Assembly (NCBI GenBank): GCA_964353335.1
Contig: CAYGVI010000003.1
Span: 419,694 to 483,693 of the forward strand
DNA: 64,000 nucleotides
From: an uncultured Methanosarcinales archaeon
Lineage (GTDB): Archaea > Nanobdellota > Nanobdellia > Woesearchaeales > ARS49
Direction of reading: 5' to 3'
Each line of letters starts with the position of its first letter. Position 1 is the stretch's first letter. The position numbers and the translations under genes are program-made. The notes under the pieces are model-generated. The model saw only the letters and a program-made list of their open reading frames with translations. It ran no database searches and was not told where the DNA came from. Below are positions 55,255 through 64,000 of the stretch, piece by piece.

Positions 55255-56499
55255 TCACAAATAATAAGTAAGGGTGGGAATGAGCAAACAGCCCATTGCG
55301 TGCGCCCTGCTCACTTTCAGCCATGGTGCAAGAAGCCCGAGCAAAGCACTTATTATCAAAATGCAAAGCCCGCGCCAGCCAACAAGGAAAGTGCACAATA
55401 CGACGAGAAAAAGCAAAATTGACGCGCTGAGCATGGGATAATTCACGCGCTCGACAAGCTCTGAAAATCCTTTTGCGCAGAGCAATGCGAGCACTGCTGC
55501 GATTAGCCCTGCTGCCAGTGCAACACCGCCGAGCAGCCATAAGTCATTTGAAGTTGTTTCAATCAATTGCTCCATCACTGCTATTGCGCCGTTCCTTGCC
55601 TTGCCCAAAACAACAAGCGTCACAAGCGATGACAAAAAGTCTGCTGTGTGCAGCCCTCCGACAAGCACAAGGTAAGAATGGCTTGATGACTTGAATATCG
55701 TCGTGGAAAGTGCTCCTGCGTGCCCTGGCCCAAGCCCTGGGAAAAGCGTCACAAGAGTTCCGCCCACGAGCCCGCCAAGGATTCCTTTTGCAGCCTCTTT
55801 TTTCTTCAGCCGCGCAAACCTGCCGATTTGGACAGGGATTTTTGTGTTCTCAAAAAGCGCCAGCGCCAAAGAGCTGGCTCCGAACAGCCCTGAGAGCAAT
55901 GGCAGCAAAGGCTGGCTGAGCTCGAGCTTTTTTAAGACAATAAAACCCAGCAAACCTGTTGCGCCGAACACAATTGCTGCCTTCCAGAAGTCCTTTCCTT
56001 CTTTCGCGATTAGCACGATTATCAGGGCAATAAGCAGCCATCCTATGAACGGCTTAAGCGCGCTGAAAAGTATTGGAAACGCCCATATTAACAATGGAAA
56101 TGCAGCAAGAGTCAGGACAAGGCAGCCTAATGCGCCGATTGTTGCAAACCTGACAGCATCATAGCCAAGCCCCTTGTGGAGCATTTTGTGGCCAGGCAGC
56201 ATTATAAGGGCAGAGCTGTCATCAGGAGCTCCGAGGAATATCGACGGCACAACCTCGACAAATGCGTGGGTTATGCCCATTGCCACGATAAAAACCGCAA
56301 TGTCTGTGTCTGCAAAATAGTCAAGCAGGTATGAGCTTCCTGCGAGTACAAGCGAGGCAATCAGGTTGATGTGGATGCCTGGCACAAGCCCTGCGATTAC
56401 GCCGAAGAAAATGCCAAGGATGAAGGCGGTTATCATTATTATTGTGCGGAAATTATTCCGGGTTTTCCGCAAGCTTTCCGACGACAGCCGCTTTGCCAT
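55255..56499 (-). CDS. TctA-family (DUF112) tripartite tricarboxylate transporter-like membrane protein
   Basis: Polytopic, with two GxxPG(I/L) repeats (GLVPGIHINL and FPGLGPGHAGAL). Confidence 0.5.
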   Translation of the reverse strand: MAKRLSSESLRKTRNNFRTIIMITAFILGIFFGVIAGLVPGIHINLIASLVLAGSSYLLDYFADTDIAVFIVAMGITHAFVEVVPSIFLGAPDDSSALIMLPGHKMLHKGLGYDAVRFATIGALGCLVLTLAAFPLLIWAFPILFSALKPFIGWLLIALIIVLIAKEGKDFWKAAIVFGATGLLGFIVLKKLELSQPLLPLLSGLFGASSLALALFENTKIPVQIGRFARLKKKEAAKGILGGLVGGTLVTLFPGLGPGHAGALSTTIFKSSSHSYLVLVGGLHTADFLSSLVTLVVLGKARNGAIAVMEQLIETTSNDLWLLGGVALAAGLIAAVLALLCAKGFSELVERVNYPMLSASILLFLVVLCTFLVGWRGLCILIISALLGLLAPWLKVSRAHAMGCLLIPTLTYYL

Positions 56500-56726
56500 G
56501 TTTTTGCGCTCTCGTCGGGACAGAACTAATCATGTTTTGATTCTTTATGTGCGTTTTGCTAAAGATTTTCGACGATATCGGAGATTTTCCGGCAGAATTG
56601 TTCCTATCTTGTAGCCACTAAATAGTGGCTACAAACCGAAAGATTTATATAGGGGAAAATGCTATTTTACACGTATCGTGAGAGAAGCTTAAGATTTATA
56701 AGAAAGCTCATAAAGGTGTTATTAAA

Positions 56727-57440
56727 ATGCAAGAATACCCGTCGCCACAAAGGAGAAGGATGGCTTCTGAGACTGCAACAGTCATGTTTGTCGACCTGGT
56801 TGAATACACACGAACAACCACTGGTTTGACGCGCGAGCACATTGACCAGCTTCTCAACGCTTTTGAGACTTTGCCTATGCCTGTCCTTGAAAGGTATGGC
56901 GGAACCATTGTCAAGAAAATCGGCGACGCTTTGCTTATCACGTTCAAATCTCCAACAGACGCAGTCCTTTGCGGAATCGCATTGCAGCACACCTTCAAGC
57001 GCTACAATGTCACAAACAGGCTCAGGCACCCGTTGCGCATACGTGTCGCAATCCACTCAGGAGAGGTTTTGAAGCGCGACAATGACGTTTTCGGCGACGC
57101 TGTCAACACAGCCTCGCGCATTGAGTCTCTTTCAAAGCCAGGGCAGGTTGTTTTCAGCGACGCTGTCTTCTCGGCTATGAACAAGAATGAGGTTCCTTTT
57201 GTCCAGCTTGGCTGGCAGCAGCTCAGGGGAGTCAAGTACCCGATAAGGCTGTTCCGCGTCAAGACGCGGGAAGATGAGGTAACGCAGCGCAGGCAGATGA
57301 TAAAGGGCTACATAAGAAGGATAATTGCAATAATCATTGTTGTCGGATTGCTTGCACTGATAGGACACTACCTCTGGCTCAACTTCGGGCTTTCCCAGCA
57401 GATGCAGGAGACTATTGAGAATCTTACGTCTATAGGCTGA
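56727..57440 (+). CDS. class III nucleotidyl (adenylate/guanylate-type) cyclase with C-terminal TM helix
   Basis: VMFVDLVEYTRTT, GGTIVKKIGDALLITF, RIRVAIHSGEV and GDAVNTASRIES motifs (CHD domain), followed by a C-terminal TM helix IIAIIIVVGLLALIG. Confidence 0.8.
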   Translation: MQEYPSPQRRRMASETATVMFVDLVEYTRTTTGLTREHIDQLLNAFETLPMPVLERYGGTIVKKIGDALLITFKSPTDAVLCGIALQHTFKRYNVTNRLRHPLRIRVAIHSGEVLKRDNDVFGDAVNTASRIESLSKPGQVVFSDAVFSAMNKNEVPFVQLGWQQLRGVKYPIRLFRVKTREDEVTQRRQMIKGYIRRIIAIIIVVGLLALIGHYLWLNFGLSQQMQETIENLTSIG

Positions 57441-57504
57441 GCCCCACTGGACATTCTAATCTCTTTGCATAAAGCATATAAATGACTGTTTTGGACACAG
57501 TCAT

Positions 57505-58359
57505 ATGCCTCGTGTGCAAAGCCCAAGCTCGATAGGCTGCTTCAAGCAGTGCCGAAGGAAGTATTATTACCAGTACATTGCCGCGCTTGAGACAAAGCCA
57601 AACGTGCACCAGGTCCGCGGCAACATCGCGCACTCTGTCCTTGAGACTTTCTTTGACCAGGATGTTACAAGGCTCACGCTTGACTCATTTGAGCTTGGTT
57701 TGATGGAGATAATGCAGGACCTTTTGCTGCGCGAGTGGCAGAAGGCAGACGCAAAGCTGAAATCACTGGGCCTTACACCTGTGCAAAGGCAGTTCTATTT
57801 CGAGGACACATTGCTTATGCTTCTCAACTGGCTAAATCATTTTGTCCGCAAGGTCTACACTCTTGCAGGCTCTTTCCCTGAGCGTTTTGCAAAGCTCACC
57901 CCAATCCGCGAGGAATTGATTATGAGCGACACATTGAAGGCAAAGGGAATCATTGACGCGATTGAGGAATACGAAGGGCAGGTAAGGATAATGGACTACA
58001 AGACAAGCAGCCACAGCGACGAGGAGGAATACCGCCTGCAATTGGCAATTTACACTTTGCTGTATCACGAAAAGCACGGAAAGCTGCCTGACAAGGCAGG
58101 GATTTACTTCCTGAAAGACAGGCCGAAGTTTATTGACGTTGACGAGTCATTGCTTGCTCTTGCAAGGAGGGAAATCGGGCTGATTCACAAGCACACCCAG
58201 TCAGACAAGGTCATTGACTATCCCCGAAGCCCGAGCAAGCTTTGCAAGTGGTCAACAGGGCAGTGTGATTTCTTGGCGGTCTGCAAGCCGTTTGACCCGC
58301 ACCCTGACGAGCAGGCATTTATTTCAGAGGCTGAGATGATAAAGAAGGCAGCCGACTAA
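57505..58359 (+). CDS. Cas4-like/RecB-family PD-(D/E)xK nuclease (DUF83-like) with Cys cluster
   Basis: N-terminal Cys residues (SIGCFKQCRRKYYYQY), a D..K catalytic pattern (IMDYKTS) and a C-terminal CKWSTGQCDFLAVC. Confidence 0.55.
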   Translation: MPRVQSPSSIGCFKQCRRKYYYQYIAALETKPNVHQVRGNIAHSVLETFFDQDVTRLTLDSFELGLMEIMQDLLLREWQKADAKLKSLGLTPVQRQFYFEDTLLMLLNWLNHFVRKVYTLAGSFPERFAKLTPIREELIMSDTLKAKGIIDAIEEYEGQVRIMDYKTSSHSDEEEYRLQLAIYTLLYHEKHGKLPDKAGIYFLKDRPKFIDVDESLLALARREIGLIHKHTQSDKVIDYPRSPSKLCKWSTGQCDFLAVCKPFDPHPDEQAFISEAEMIKKAAD

Positions 58360-58390
58360 TTTTTATACTCAATTATTCGCACATAGGGGT

Positions 58391-59005
58391 ATGGCTATCA
58401 AGGATGTCATTCTCGCGATGGAAGAGATAGGATTTACCAGCGTCATCCTGCCATTTGTTATAATATTCACTGTCGTATTCGCTGTCCTGCAGAAGAGCAG
58501 GGTTCTTGGCGCTGATTCCAAAGGCAATCCGAAAGCCAACTACAACGCGATGGTTGCGTTTATTATCGCTTTCTTTGCGCTGATAATGTTTAAGACATTG
58601 AGCGTGATGAACTATTTCATACGCTATGTCGCGGTTTTGCTTTTTATCTTCATAATCTTGGGGATAGTCCTGTCTTTTATCGGCGGGCACGTTCATATGA
58701 GCGGAGCGATAAAATCAATCGCGCTCGGCCTGATACTTATAGTCCTGCTTGAGGCGCTTGTGATGGGCGGAATGATTCCTGAAGACATCGCCTATAGGGT
58801 TATCATGCCGTTATTGGTGGCATTGCTTATCGCAGCAGGGCTCATAGCAATGATGACAAGCGGAAAAGGCGAGAAGAAAAAGCAGGAAAAAAGATCAGAG
58901 GAAAAAGTGGAGAAGAAACAGGAGAAAAGGCCAGAGAGTAAAGGGAAGAAAGTTATTGGCCCTGAATTGCCTGAGTCAGAAATGACTGAACTCCTGAGGC
59001 AATAG
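58391..59005 (+). CDS. membrane protein with K/E-rich C-terminal tail
   Basis: Four to five TM helices and the tail GKGEKKKQEKRSEEKVEKKQEKRPESKGKK. Confidence 0.45.
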   Translation: MAIKDVILAMEEIGFTSVILPFVIIFTVVFAVLQKSRVLGADSKGNPKANYNAMVAFIIAFFALIMFKTLSVMNYFIRYVAVLLFIFIILGIVLSFIGGHVHMSGAIKSIALGLILIVLLEALVMGGMIPEDIAYRVIMPLLVALLIAAGLIAMMTSGKGEKKKQEKRSEEKVEKKQEKRPESKGKKVIGPELPESEMTELLRQ

Positions 59006-59007
59006 AA

Positions 59008-59961
59008 TTAATTGTAAAATACGCTCTCGAAAGTATGCGGTTTATTGTCTGCTGTGAACTCTACCTTAACAGTTGCATTTGGACCCACATAAAGAAAATA
59101 CCTGTCTTTTTTGCGCATAACTATCGGTGCTCTAAGGTGATAGTGCCCGAATACGTTTAATGCCGGCTTGAATTTTTCATCAACTTCAACAGCGCCCTTG
59201 TCAACTCCGAATTTTGCCATGGGTTGTCCTTCCTTGTAATGAGGGTCCCATTGCTGGATTTCTGGCTTGTAAGCTTTGTGTGTGACAAAGACGTCAATTT
59301 TCCCAGTGTGCTTAAGCAGCATTTTGGCTAATTCAGATGTTTCTTTAGTGTCATAAAATTGCAAGTGCTGGTATAAATCAGGGAATTTGTTTGCTGCCTC
59401 AAAGGCTTCACCTGTTGCAGGAAGGCCTGCTATAACAAGTCCTTTGAATTCAGCGGTTTTTCCGAGCAGGTAATTGACTGCGCTTAGGCTTTTACGAGCT
59501 GAAAGAGGGTCGTGATTTCCTGATGTCCCAAATCCCAGAATGCCTGCCTGTTTGTAGTACTTGTTTATGCCTTCTGCGCGCGTATTGTAGTGGTTTATGA
59601 ATTCCTGCTTTGCTTCTTCCTCTGCGTTTAATACTTCGTTCACTGTAGGGTGATTTTGCAGGAAGTTCTGGACCTGTGCCTTTTTTCCCTCTGTTGGAGA
59701 CTCACTAAACTCCTGATAAAGCGCATTAAATTGCTGCAGTTCCTCTTCACTTGCCTTGCTTTCTGGCTGGTGCTTCCTTTTGAGCTCTTCAAGAATAATG
59801 TCTGACTCGAATCCAGCAATGTTGCCTTCTTCGTCTTGAACCTGCTGGTCAAGGTCGTCGCCTGCTGTTATCAGCGCGTCGCAGCCTTTTGCAAAGCCTG
59901 CTATCTGCTTTAATTTCTTCTCGTCGTTGTGGACGTCAGAAATGCACAGCAGGGTTGTCAT
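59008..59961 (-). CDS. calcineurin-like metallophosphoesterase
   Basis: CISDVHND, ITAGDDLD, GTSGNHD and FGHYH motifs. Confidence 0.7.
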   Translation of the reverse strand: MTTLLCISDVHNDEKKLKQIAGFAKGCDALITAGDDLDQQVQDEEGNIAGFESDIILEELKRKHQPESKASEEELQQFNALYQEFSESPTEGKKAQVQNFLQNHPTVNEVLNAEEEAKQEFINHYNTRAEGINKYYKQAGILGFGTSGNHDPLSARKSLSAVNYLLGKTAEFKGLVIAGLPATGEAFEAANKFPDLYQHLQFYDTKETSELAKMLLKHTGKIDVFVTHKAYKPEIQQWDPHYKEGQPMAKFGVDKGAVEVDEKFKPALNVFGHYHLRAPIVMRKKDRYFLYVGPNATVKVEFTADNKPHTFESVFYN

Positions 59962-59972
59962 CGCTGACCCCC

Positions 59973-61694
59973 TTATAGCTGGTCAATGTACTTGCGCCTG
60001 CGTGTGAGCACCCAGATTTCTGTTGCCAGCACTCCTACAAGCACGAGTATGACCAAGCCAAGCAGCATTGCATAGCTGTTGCTGTTCTTGAACCCTGTGC
60101 TCTTAACCTCTGCAGTCGGCGTGATTACGTCAACGCTTTCCTGCCTTGGCTCTGGCTGTGGCTGGACAGCAGGCTGGACAGTCTGATTCTTTGCTACAGG
60201 CTTTGTAGGCTCAAGCGGTATGAATGTTATCGGCTGAGTCTTGTTTTGCTGTGTGACTGTGCGGGTTGTTCCAAGGACATTGAACCTTGCAACTGACTGT
60301 TCACAGTACAGTGCGCCGTTCTCGTCCTCTCCTTTTGCAGTCAGGATGAGCCTTATGCTTCCCTTTGCATCATCTTCAACAGTGCCGCTGAGTGTTGCCT
60401 CTTCCTCATCGTCAGCGTCTATCTCCACATTGTCGCTGTCGTCAAGGTCAAGCTCATCAGTGTCGCCTGTTGCGCTGACTTCTGCTTCAATCATCGGGTC
60501 GTCATTGCCGCTGAAGCGGTTCTTCAGCTCAACTATGACATCAACATCATCATTTGCGTAAACGTCGGCAAAACCTGACTCGATTTCTTTCTTCTGCCCG
60601 CCTGCAATCTCTGCGTAGACTGAAAGTATTGCGAGCTGGTTTTCAGCCTGCATCTTTACTTCCTGTGCTGCGCTTGCGTTCTGGCTGGTGCGGACTGTCA
60701 GGGTGCCGATGCTCATTGCTTTCTTGTTGCAGTCGCTGTCGACAGCGTCAAGGTCAAGCGGGACATATGCATTCAATGTTATTGTGGCTGTCTGCCCTGA
60801 AGCAAGGCTTGCAGGGATGCCTGTAAAGTTAAGCTTGTATTTTGCGTCAATTCCGCTGAAAGTGAATCCTGTCAATGCAGCAGTTCCTGTGTTTTGCACT
60901 GTGAACTGCGTGCTGATATTCTCTCCGCGCGTCTGTGAAGAGGAACCGAGTGTTGAAATCTGCGAAATGCTGAATGCAGCTCCCGGTGTTGGGGTTATCG
61001 GATTGCCTCCTGTCTGGTTTCCGCCAGTTTGATTTCCACCAGTCTGGTTGCCCCCTGTCTGGTTTCCACCGGTCTGGTTTGCAGGCGGTGTTACAGGCGG
61101 CTGAACAGGCGTGATAACAGGGAAATACTGCAACAGGTAAGTGCTTTCGCACGGCTGTGACCAGTTGCGACCATAGCCATATGTCTGGTTGTTGCATGAA
61201 TAGTCAATAAGCGGGATAAACTTTGACAGTGTGATGTTCTGGAGAGTGCCTCCAATAACTATGTCAGATGTCTGCAGTGGGAATGTTTTCCAGTTTGCAA
61301 GCACATATGCTGCTTTCCTGGTGTCATCTGCAGTGTTTCCAAATGCGACAATCTGGGCTGTGCCATTATGGTCGTAAAGCTTGATGCGGGCGTTTCCGTT
61401 TGCAACGCTGATGCTGTTATTTGTTATCTGAGTTGTGATGCTGTTCTTTCCGACGCTGATTATGTTCCTTCCGGTAATGTTGCTTATTTCGCTTGCAAGG
61501 ACTATGCTGTTCTGGATTCCCTGCTCGTTAAGTGAGTTTACTATTGTGTTGACGCTGACAACATCCTGTGTTGTTGCATTGTCGCCGACCACAACTGAAA
61601 CCTCGCTGAAAAAAGAGGGATAATTAGACAAATCAACTGCGAAAACCGCAGGTATTGTGAACAAAATTGCAAGGAATAAAGCAAGCTTTTTCAT
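59973..61694 (-). CDS. cell-surface (S-layer-like) glycoprotein: signal peptide, GGNQT sequon repeats, C-terminal TM anchor
   Basis: MKKLALFLAILFTIPAVFA signal peptide, (GGNQT)x5 N-glycosylation sequons, and a C-terminal LLGLVILVLVGVLATEIWVL anchor followed by basic residues. Confidence 0.55.
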   Translation of the reverse strand: MKKLALFLAILFTIPAVFAVDLSNYPSFFSEVSVVVGDNATTQDVVSVNTIVNSLNEQGIQNSIVLASEISNITGRNIISVGKNSITTQITNNSISVANGNARIKLYDHNGTAQIVAFGNTADDTRKAAYVLANWKTFPLQTSDIVIGGTLQNITLSKFIPLIDYSCNNQTYGYGRNWSQPCESTYLLQYFPVITPVQPPVTPPANQTGGNQTGGNQTGGNQTGGNQTGGNPITPTPGAAFSISQISTLGSSSQTRGENISTQFTVQNTGTAALTGFTFSGIDAKYKLNFTGIPASLASGQTATITLNAYVPLDLDAVDSDCNKKAMSIGTLTVRTSQNASAAQEVKMQAENQLAILSVYAEIAGGQKKEIESGFADVYANDDVDVIVELKNRFSGNDDPMIEAEVSATGDTDELDLDDSDNVEIDADDEEEATLSGTVEDDAKGSIRLILTAKGEDENGALYCEQSVARFNVLGTTRTVTQQNKTQPITFIPLEPTKPVAKNQTVQPAVQPQPEPRQESVDVITPTAEVKSTGFKNSNSYAMLLGLVILVLVGVLATEIWVLTRRRKYIDQL

Positions 61695-61702
61695 TTTTTA
61701 CC

Positions 61703-62731
61703 TCATGCAGGCGCCACAGCAATGTCAGTCAGGGTTGTTCCTGTGACTTTGAGTGCGCTTGCGTTCATGTTGTACAAATCGTGCGTTGCGAGTGCGCGGC
61801 TAGCCTGCCTGACTTTCAGGTCATCAGAGCCGCTGACCATAAGGTACACGCTGCCGTCTGCGAGTTCAGCTGCCTGGATAAGCCCGCATCCCGGAGGAAG
61901 GACTTTTCCAACGCCGTCCCAGAGTGCTTTTACAGCAGGGTTGATTCCATACTGCCCGACAGCAAATCCATTGCTGCCTTTCAGGTCAGGAACCTCGCTC
62001 GCGAGCTTTCCTGTAACAATAGGCGCGGTGTAACCATAGTTTGTCTTTGCGTCTGCTATGAAGCGGTTTGAAATTTCAGTAGCAGCGACAATATCGCTTG
62101 CCGGAGCTGTGTCACCCACGACATTTATGATGCCTGGGTTTGGTCCGAACTGGAACAGCCTGTTAAGATAGTCAATTGCCTCAGAAGCATACATTGTGCT
62201 TGCGACCTGCTTGCCATTCCAGACCACATTTGGTTCCAGCGCGACAAGCGTGTCCTCTTCACTGCCTTTCTTCACAAGCCATTCGAGCTTGTAATTTCCA
62301 TTAGGTCCGTTCTTGACAGGGAAAACAAAAGGAGGTGTTGCAAGTCCAACGTCTTTTGTGAAGTTAAGACTTGGCGAGTAAAACTGCCAGTCAACCTTGC
62401 CTGTCGGGCTTGTGAGCCTCAAACCGACCATTGCGTCAGTAATGTCTTCTTTAGGATTGACAATAATATTGGAGTAGTGGCGCAGGTTTGTCTGCAGTGG
62501 CGGCTGTTCGTCCTGCTTGTATTTCAGCCCATCAACATTTGTTTCAAGAACATCAAACTTGCTTGCGAGCCCTGGTACAGGCGCTGTATAAGAGTCATCA
62601 TTAGAACTGTTGCATCCTGTGATTGCGTGCAATGGCGCAAGGAGTATCATTCCTGCTCCTGCTTTGCCCATATACCTAAGGAAATCGCGTCGATTGTAAT
62701 TAGTGTTCTGAGTCATTTTGGTCCACCCCAA
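61703..62731 (-). CDS. Tat-signal secreted lipoprotein, hypothetical (342 aa)
   Basis: RRDFLRYMG twin-arginine motif, then an ITGC lipobox-like site. Confidence 0.5.
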   Translation of the reverse strand: MGWTKMTQNTNYNRRDFLRYMGKAGAGMILLAPLHAITGCNSSNDDSYTAPVPGLASKFDVLETNVDGLKYKQDEQPPLQTNLRHYSNIIVNPKEDITDAMVGLRLTSPTGKVDWQFYSPSLNFTKDVGLATPPFVFPVKNGPNGNYKLEWLVKKGSEEDTLVALEPNVVWNGKQVASTMYASEAIDYLNRLFQFGPNPGIINVVGDTAPASDIVAATEISNRFIADAKTNYGYTAPIVTGKLASEVPDLKGSNGFAVGQYGINPAVKALWDGVGKVLPPGCGLIQAAELADGSVYLMVSGSDDLKVRQASRALATHDLYNMNASALKVTGTTLTDIAVAPA

Positions 62732-62841
62732 TAATGTTACTACTGTCAGGTTAGTATTAACCCCTATATAAATCTTTCTATTTTAACTACTGCGTGGGGG
62801 TAAAAGTATCTTTGTGTTTGTTCCCGCAAGGCTTTTAAATC

Positions 62842-64000
62842 ATGAGAGGCTCAGGCAAAGCAATGGCCAAAAGTTCTACTGATGTCAAGAATCGCAAGTC
62901 AGAGCGCTTTAGAAATAATGCGATTCTTGAGCACTCTCGGAAATCCGCTCAATCATATGACAAATCAGCGGATTTCCAAAGGTTTAAGACCACTGCTGAC
63001 CTGAAAGTCCCTGAGAGTATTGTTGACCAGGTCATAGGGCAGGAGGGCGCTGTTGAGATTATCCGCAAGGCAGCGATGCAGAGAAGGCACGTCCTGCTTA
63101 TTGGCGAGCCAGGCACAGGAAAGTCAATGCTCGGGCTGGCTCTTGCTGAATTGCTGCCAAAAGAGAAGCTTGTTGACGTGCTTGCACTGCCCAATCCAAA
63201 TGACGAGAACCAGCCTGTTATCCGCATTGTTCCTGCCGGCAAGGGCCGCGAGGTTGTGGCGCGCAGCAGGATGCAGATATCAGGAGCGTTCAGCGGAACA
63301 AACTGGTTCCTGCTGATACTTGCCATTATTATATCGCTGATTCCTTATTACCTGTATGCCAGAAAGATGTTTCCTTTTGACAATGCTGTTGTTTATGCAG
63401 CCTCAATGATTACAGGGATGGTTTTTGTCCTTGGCATTGCCCTTATAATTAGCCTGAGCAAACGCATAATGCCCCAGCAGAGGGTTGAGGTGCCAAAGGT
63501 TATCGTCGATAATTTCGGCAGGAAGACAGCGCCGTTCTGGGACGCGACAGGAGCCCACGCAGGAGCGCTTTTAGGCGATGTTTTGCACGACCCATTGCAG
63601 TCAGGCGGGCTTGGAACCCCTGCGCACGAAAGGGTTGTTGCTGGAATGATTCACAAGGCAAACATGGGAGTCCTTTTTGTTGACGAAATAGCGACTTTGC
63701 AGCCTGCGACACAGCAGGAATTATTGACTTCTTTGCAGGAAGGCAAGTATTCCATAACAGGCCAGTCTGAGAGGAGCTCTGGCGCAATGGTCCGCACAGA
63801 GCCAGTGCCGTGCAACTTTATTTTAGTCGCTGCTGGCAATGTTGAAACAGTCTCGCACATGCATCCTGCTTTGCGTTCAAGGATTCGCGGTTATGGCTAT
63901 GAAGTGTTCATGAAGGACACAATGCCTGACACTCCTGAAAACCGGCTAAAGATTGCCCGCTTTATCGCCCAGGAAGTTGAAAAGGACAAGAAAATCCCGC
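62842..64000 (+). CDS. lon: archaeal membrane-bound Lon protease LonB (partial, continues beyond window end)
   Basis: Hand translation gives ...[40 protein letters not shown] (Walker A) with a TM insertion in the AAA+ domain ([18 protein letters not shown] ... [12 protein letters not shown]). Not in the ORF track because no stop lies in the window. The exact start is uncertain (ATG at 62842 or 62864). Confidence 0.85.
   Translation, partial: MRGSGKAMAKSSTDVKNRKSERFRNNAILEHSRKSAQSYDKSADFQRFKTTADLKVPESIVDQVIGQEGAVEIIRKAAMQRRHVLLIGEPGTGKSMLGLALAELLPKEKLVDVLALPNPNDENQPVIRIVPAGKGREVVARSRMQISGAFSGTNWFLLILAIIISLIPYYLYARKMFPFDNAVVYAASMITGMVFVLGIALIISLSKRIMPQQRVEVPKVIVDNFGRKTAPFWDATGAHAGALLGDVLHDPLQSGGLGTPAHERVVAGMIHKANMGVLFVDEIATLQPATQQELLTSLQEGKYSITGQSERSSGAMVRTEPVPCNFILVAAGNVETVSHMHPALRSRIRGYGYEVFMKDTMPDTPENRLKIARFIAQEVEKDKKIP
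62924..62990 (+). repeat. family A element copy 3 (TTCTTGAGCACTCTCGGAAATCCGCT-17nt-AGCGGATTTCC AAAGGTTTAAG), in the 5' region of lonB
   Basis: An 11-bp stem with compensatory T/A insertions relative to copy 1. Confidence 0.55.

Noticed and set aside
1-64000. tRNA, rRNA and CRISPR arrays
   Set aside because: I scanned the intergenic regions for T-loop GTTCRAATC-like motifs and cloverleaf context, for rRNA-like long non-coding stretches, and for regularly spaced direct repeats. None was found, and the only repeat arrays are the irregular iteron-like cluster at 41.5-41.9 kb.

Overview
This is an archaeal chromosomal segment, and the gene content is unambiguous. It encodes archaeal-type AlaRS, aIF5B, aRF1 (with NIKS and GGQ motifs), aIF5A with its hypusine loop, and ribosomal proteins L37ae, L40e, L35Ae, S24e, S27ae, L1, L10/P0 and L12/P1. 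It also encodes RNA polymerase subunits P, L, E' and E''/Spt4, prefoldin beta, a class I CCA-adding enzyme, PEP synthase, a DRG GTPase, NreA-like and LonB. Proteins are short and many are hypothetical membrane or secreted proteins, so a small-genome or uncultivated lineage (possibly DPANN-like) is plausible but cannot be settled from sequence alone. I found no rRNA, tRNA or CRISPR array.

Roughly 80 CDS are supportable, including several below 60 aa that the ORF track missed (rpoP, rpl40e, the true short rpoL) and two edge-truncated genes (a DHH phosphoesterase at the 5' edge and LonB at the 3' edge).

The main hunt results are:
- A family of six paralogous small Cys-rich secreted proteins with a conserved class III (type IV pilin-like) signal peptide, four of them in a tandem array with duplicated intergenic spacers (38.9-40.4 kb).
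- A ~3.6 kb low-coding region (41.2-44.8 kb) with a dense iteron/ORB-like array of CATTCCCAG, ACGTTCCCAG and GATAGTCCCA repeats in both orientations, two paralogous coiled-coil+wHTH proteins, a 930 bp AT-rich non-coding stretch, and flanking GTGCCTAA/CTTAGGCACCAG repeats. This is a candidate replication origin or plasmid/provirus-like remnant.
- Two distinct families of conserved structured elements immediately 5' of unrelated genes, both showing compensatory (stem-preserving) changes between copies.
- A convergent pair of giant coiled-coil proteins (1265 aa, and 751 aa with TM plus polyproline).
- K/P/A/E-rich low-complexity tails on S24e, L1 and other proteins.
- A HEPN (DUF4145-like) protein, a class III nucleotidyl cyclase next to a Cas4-like nuclease, and a tandem nucleoside-2-deoxyribosyltransferase-like protein.
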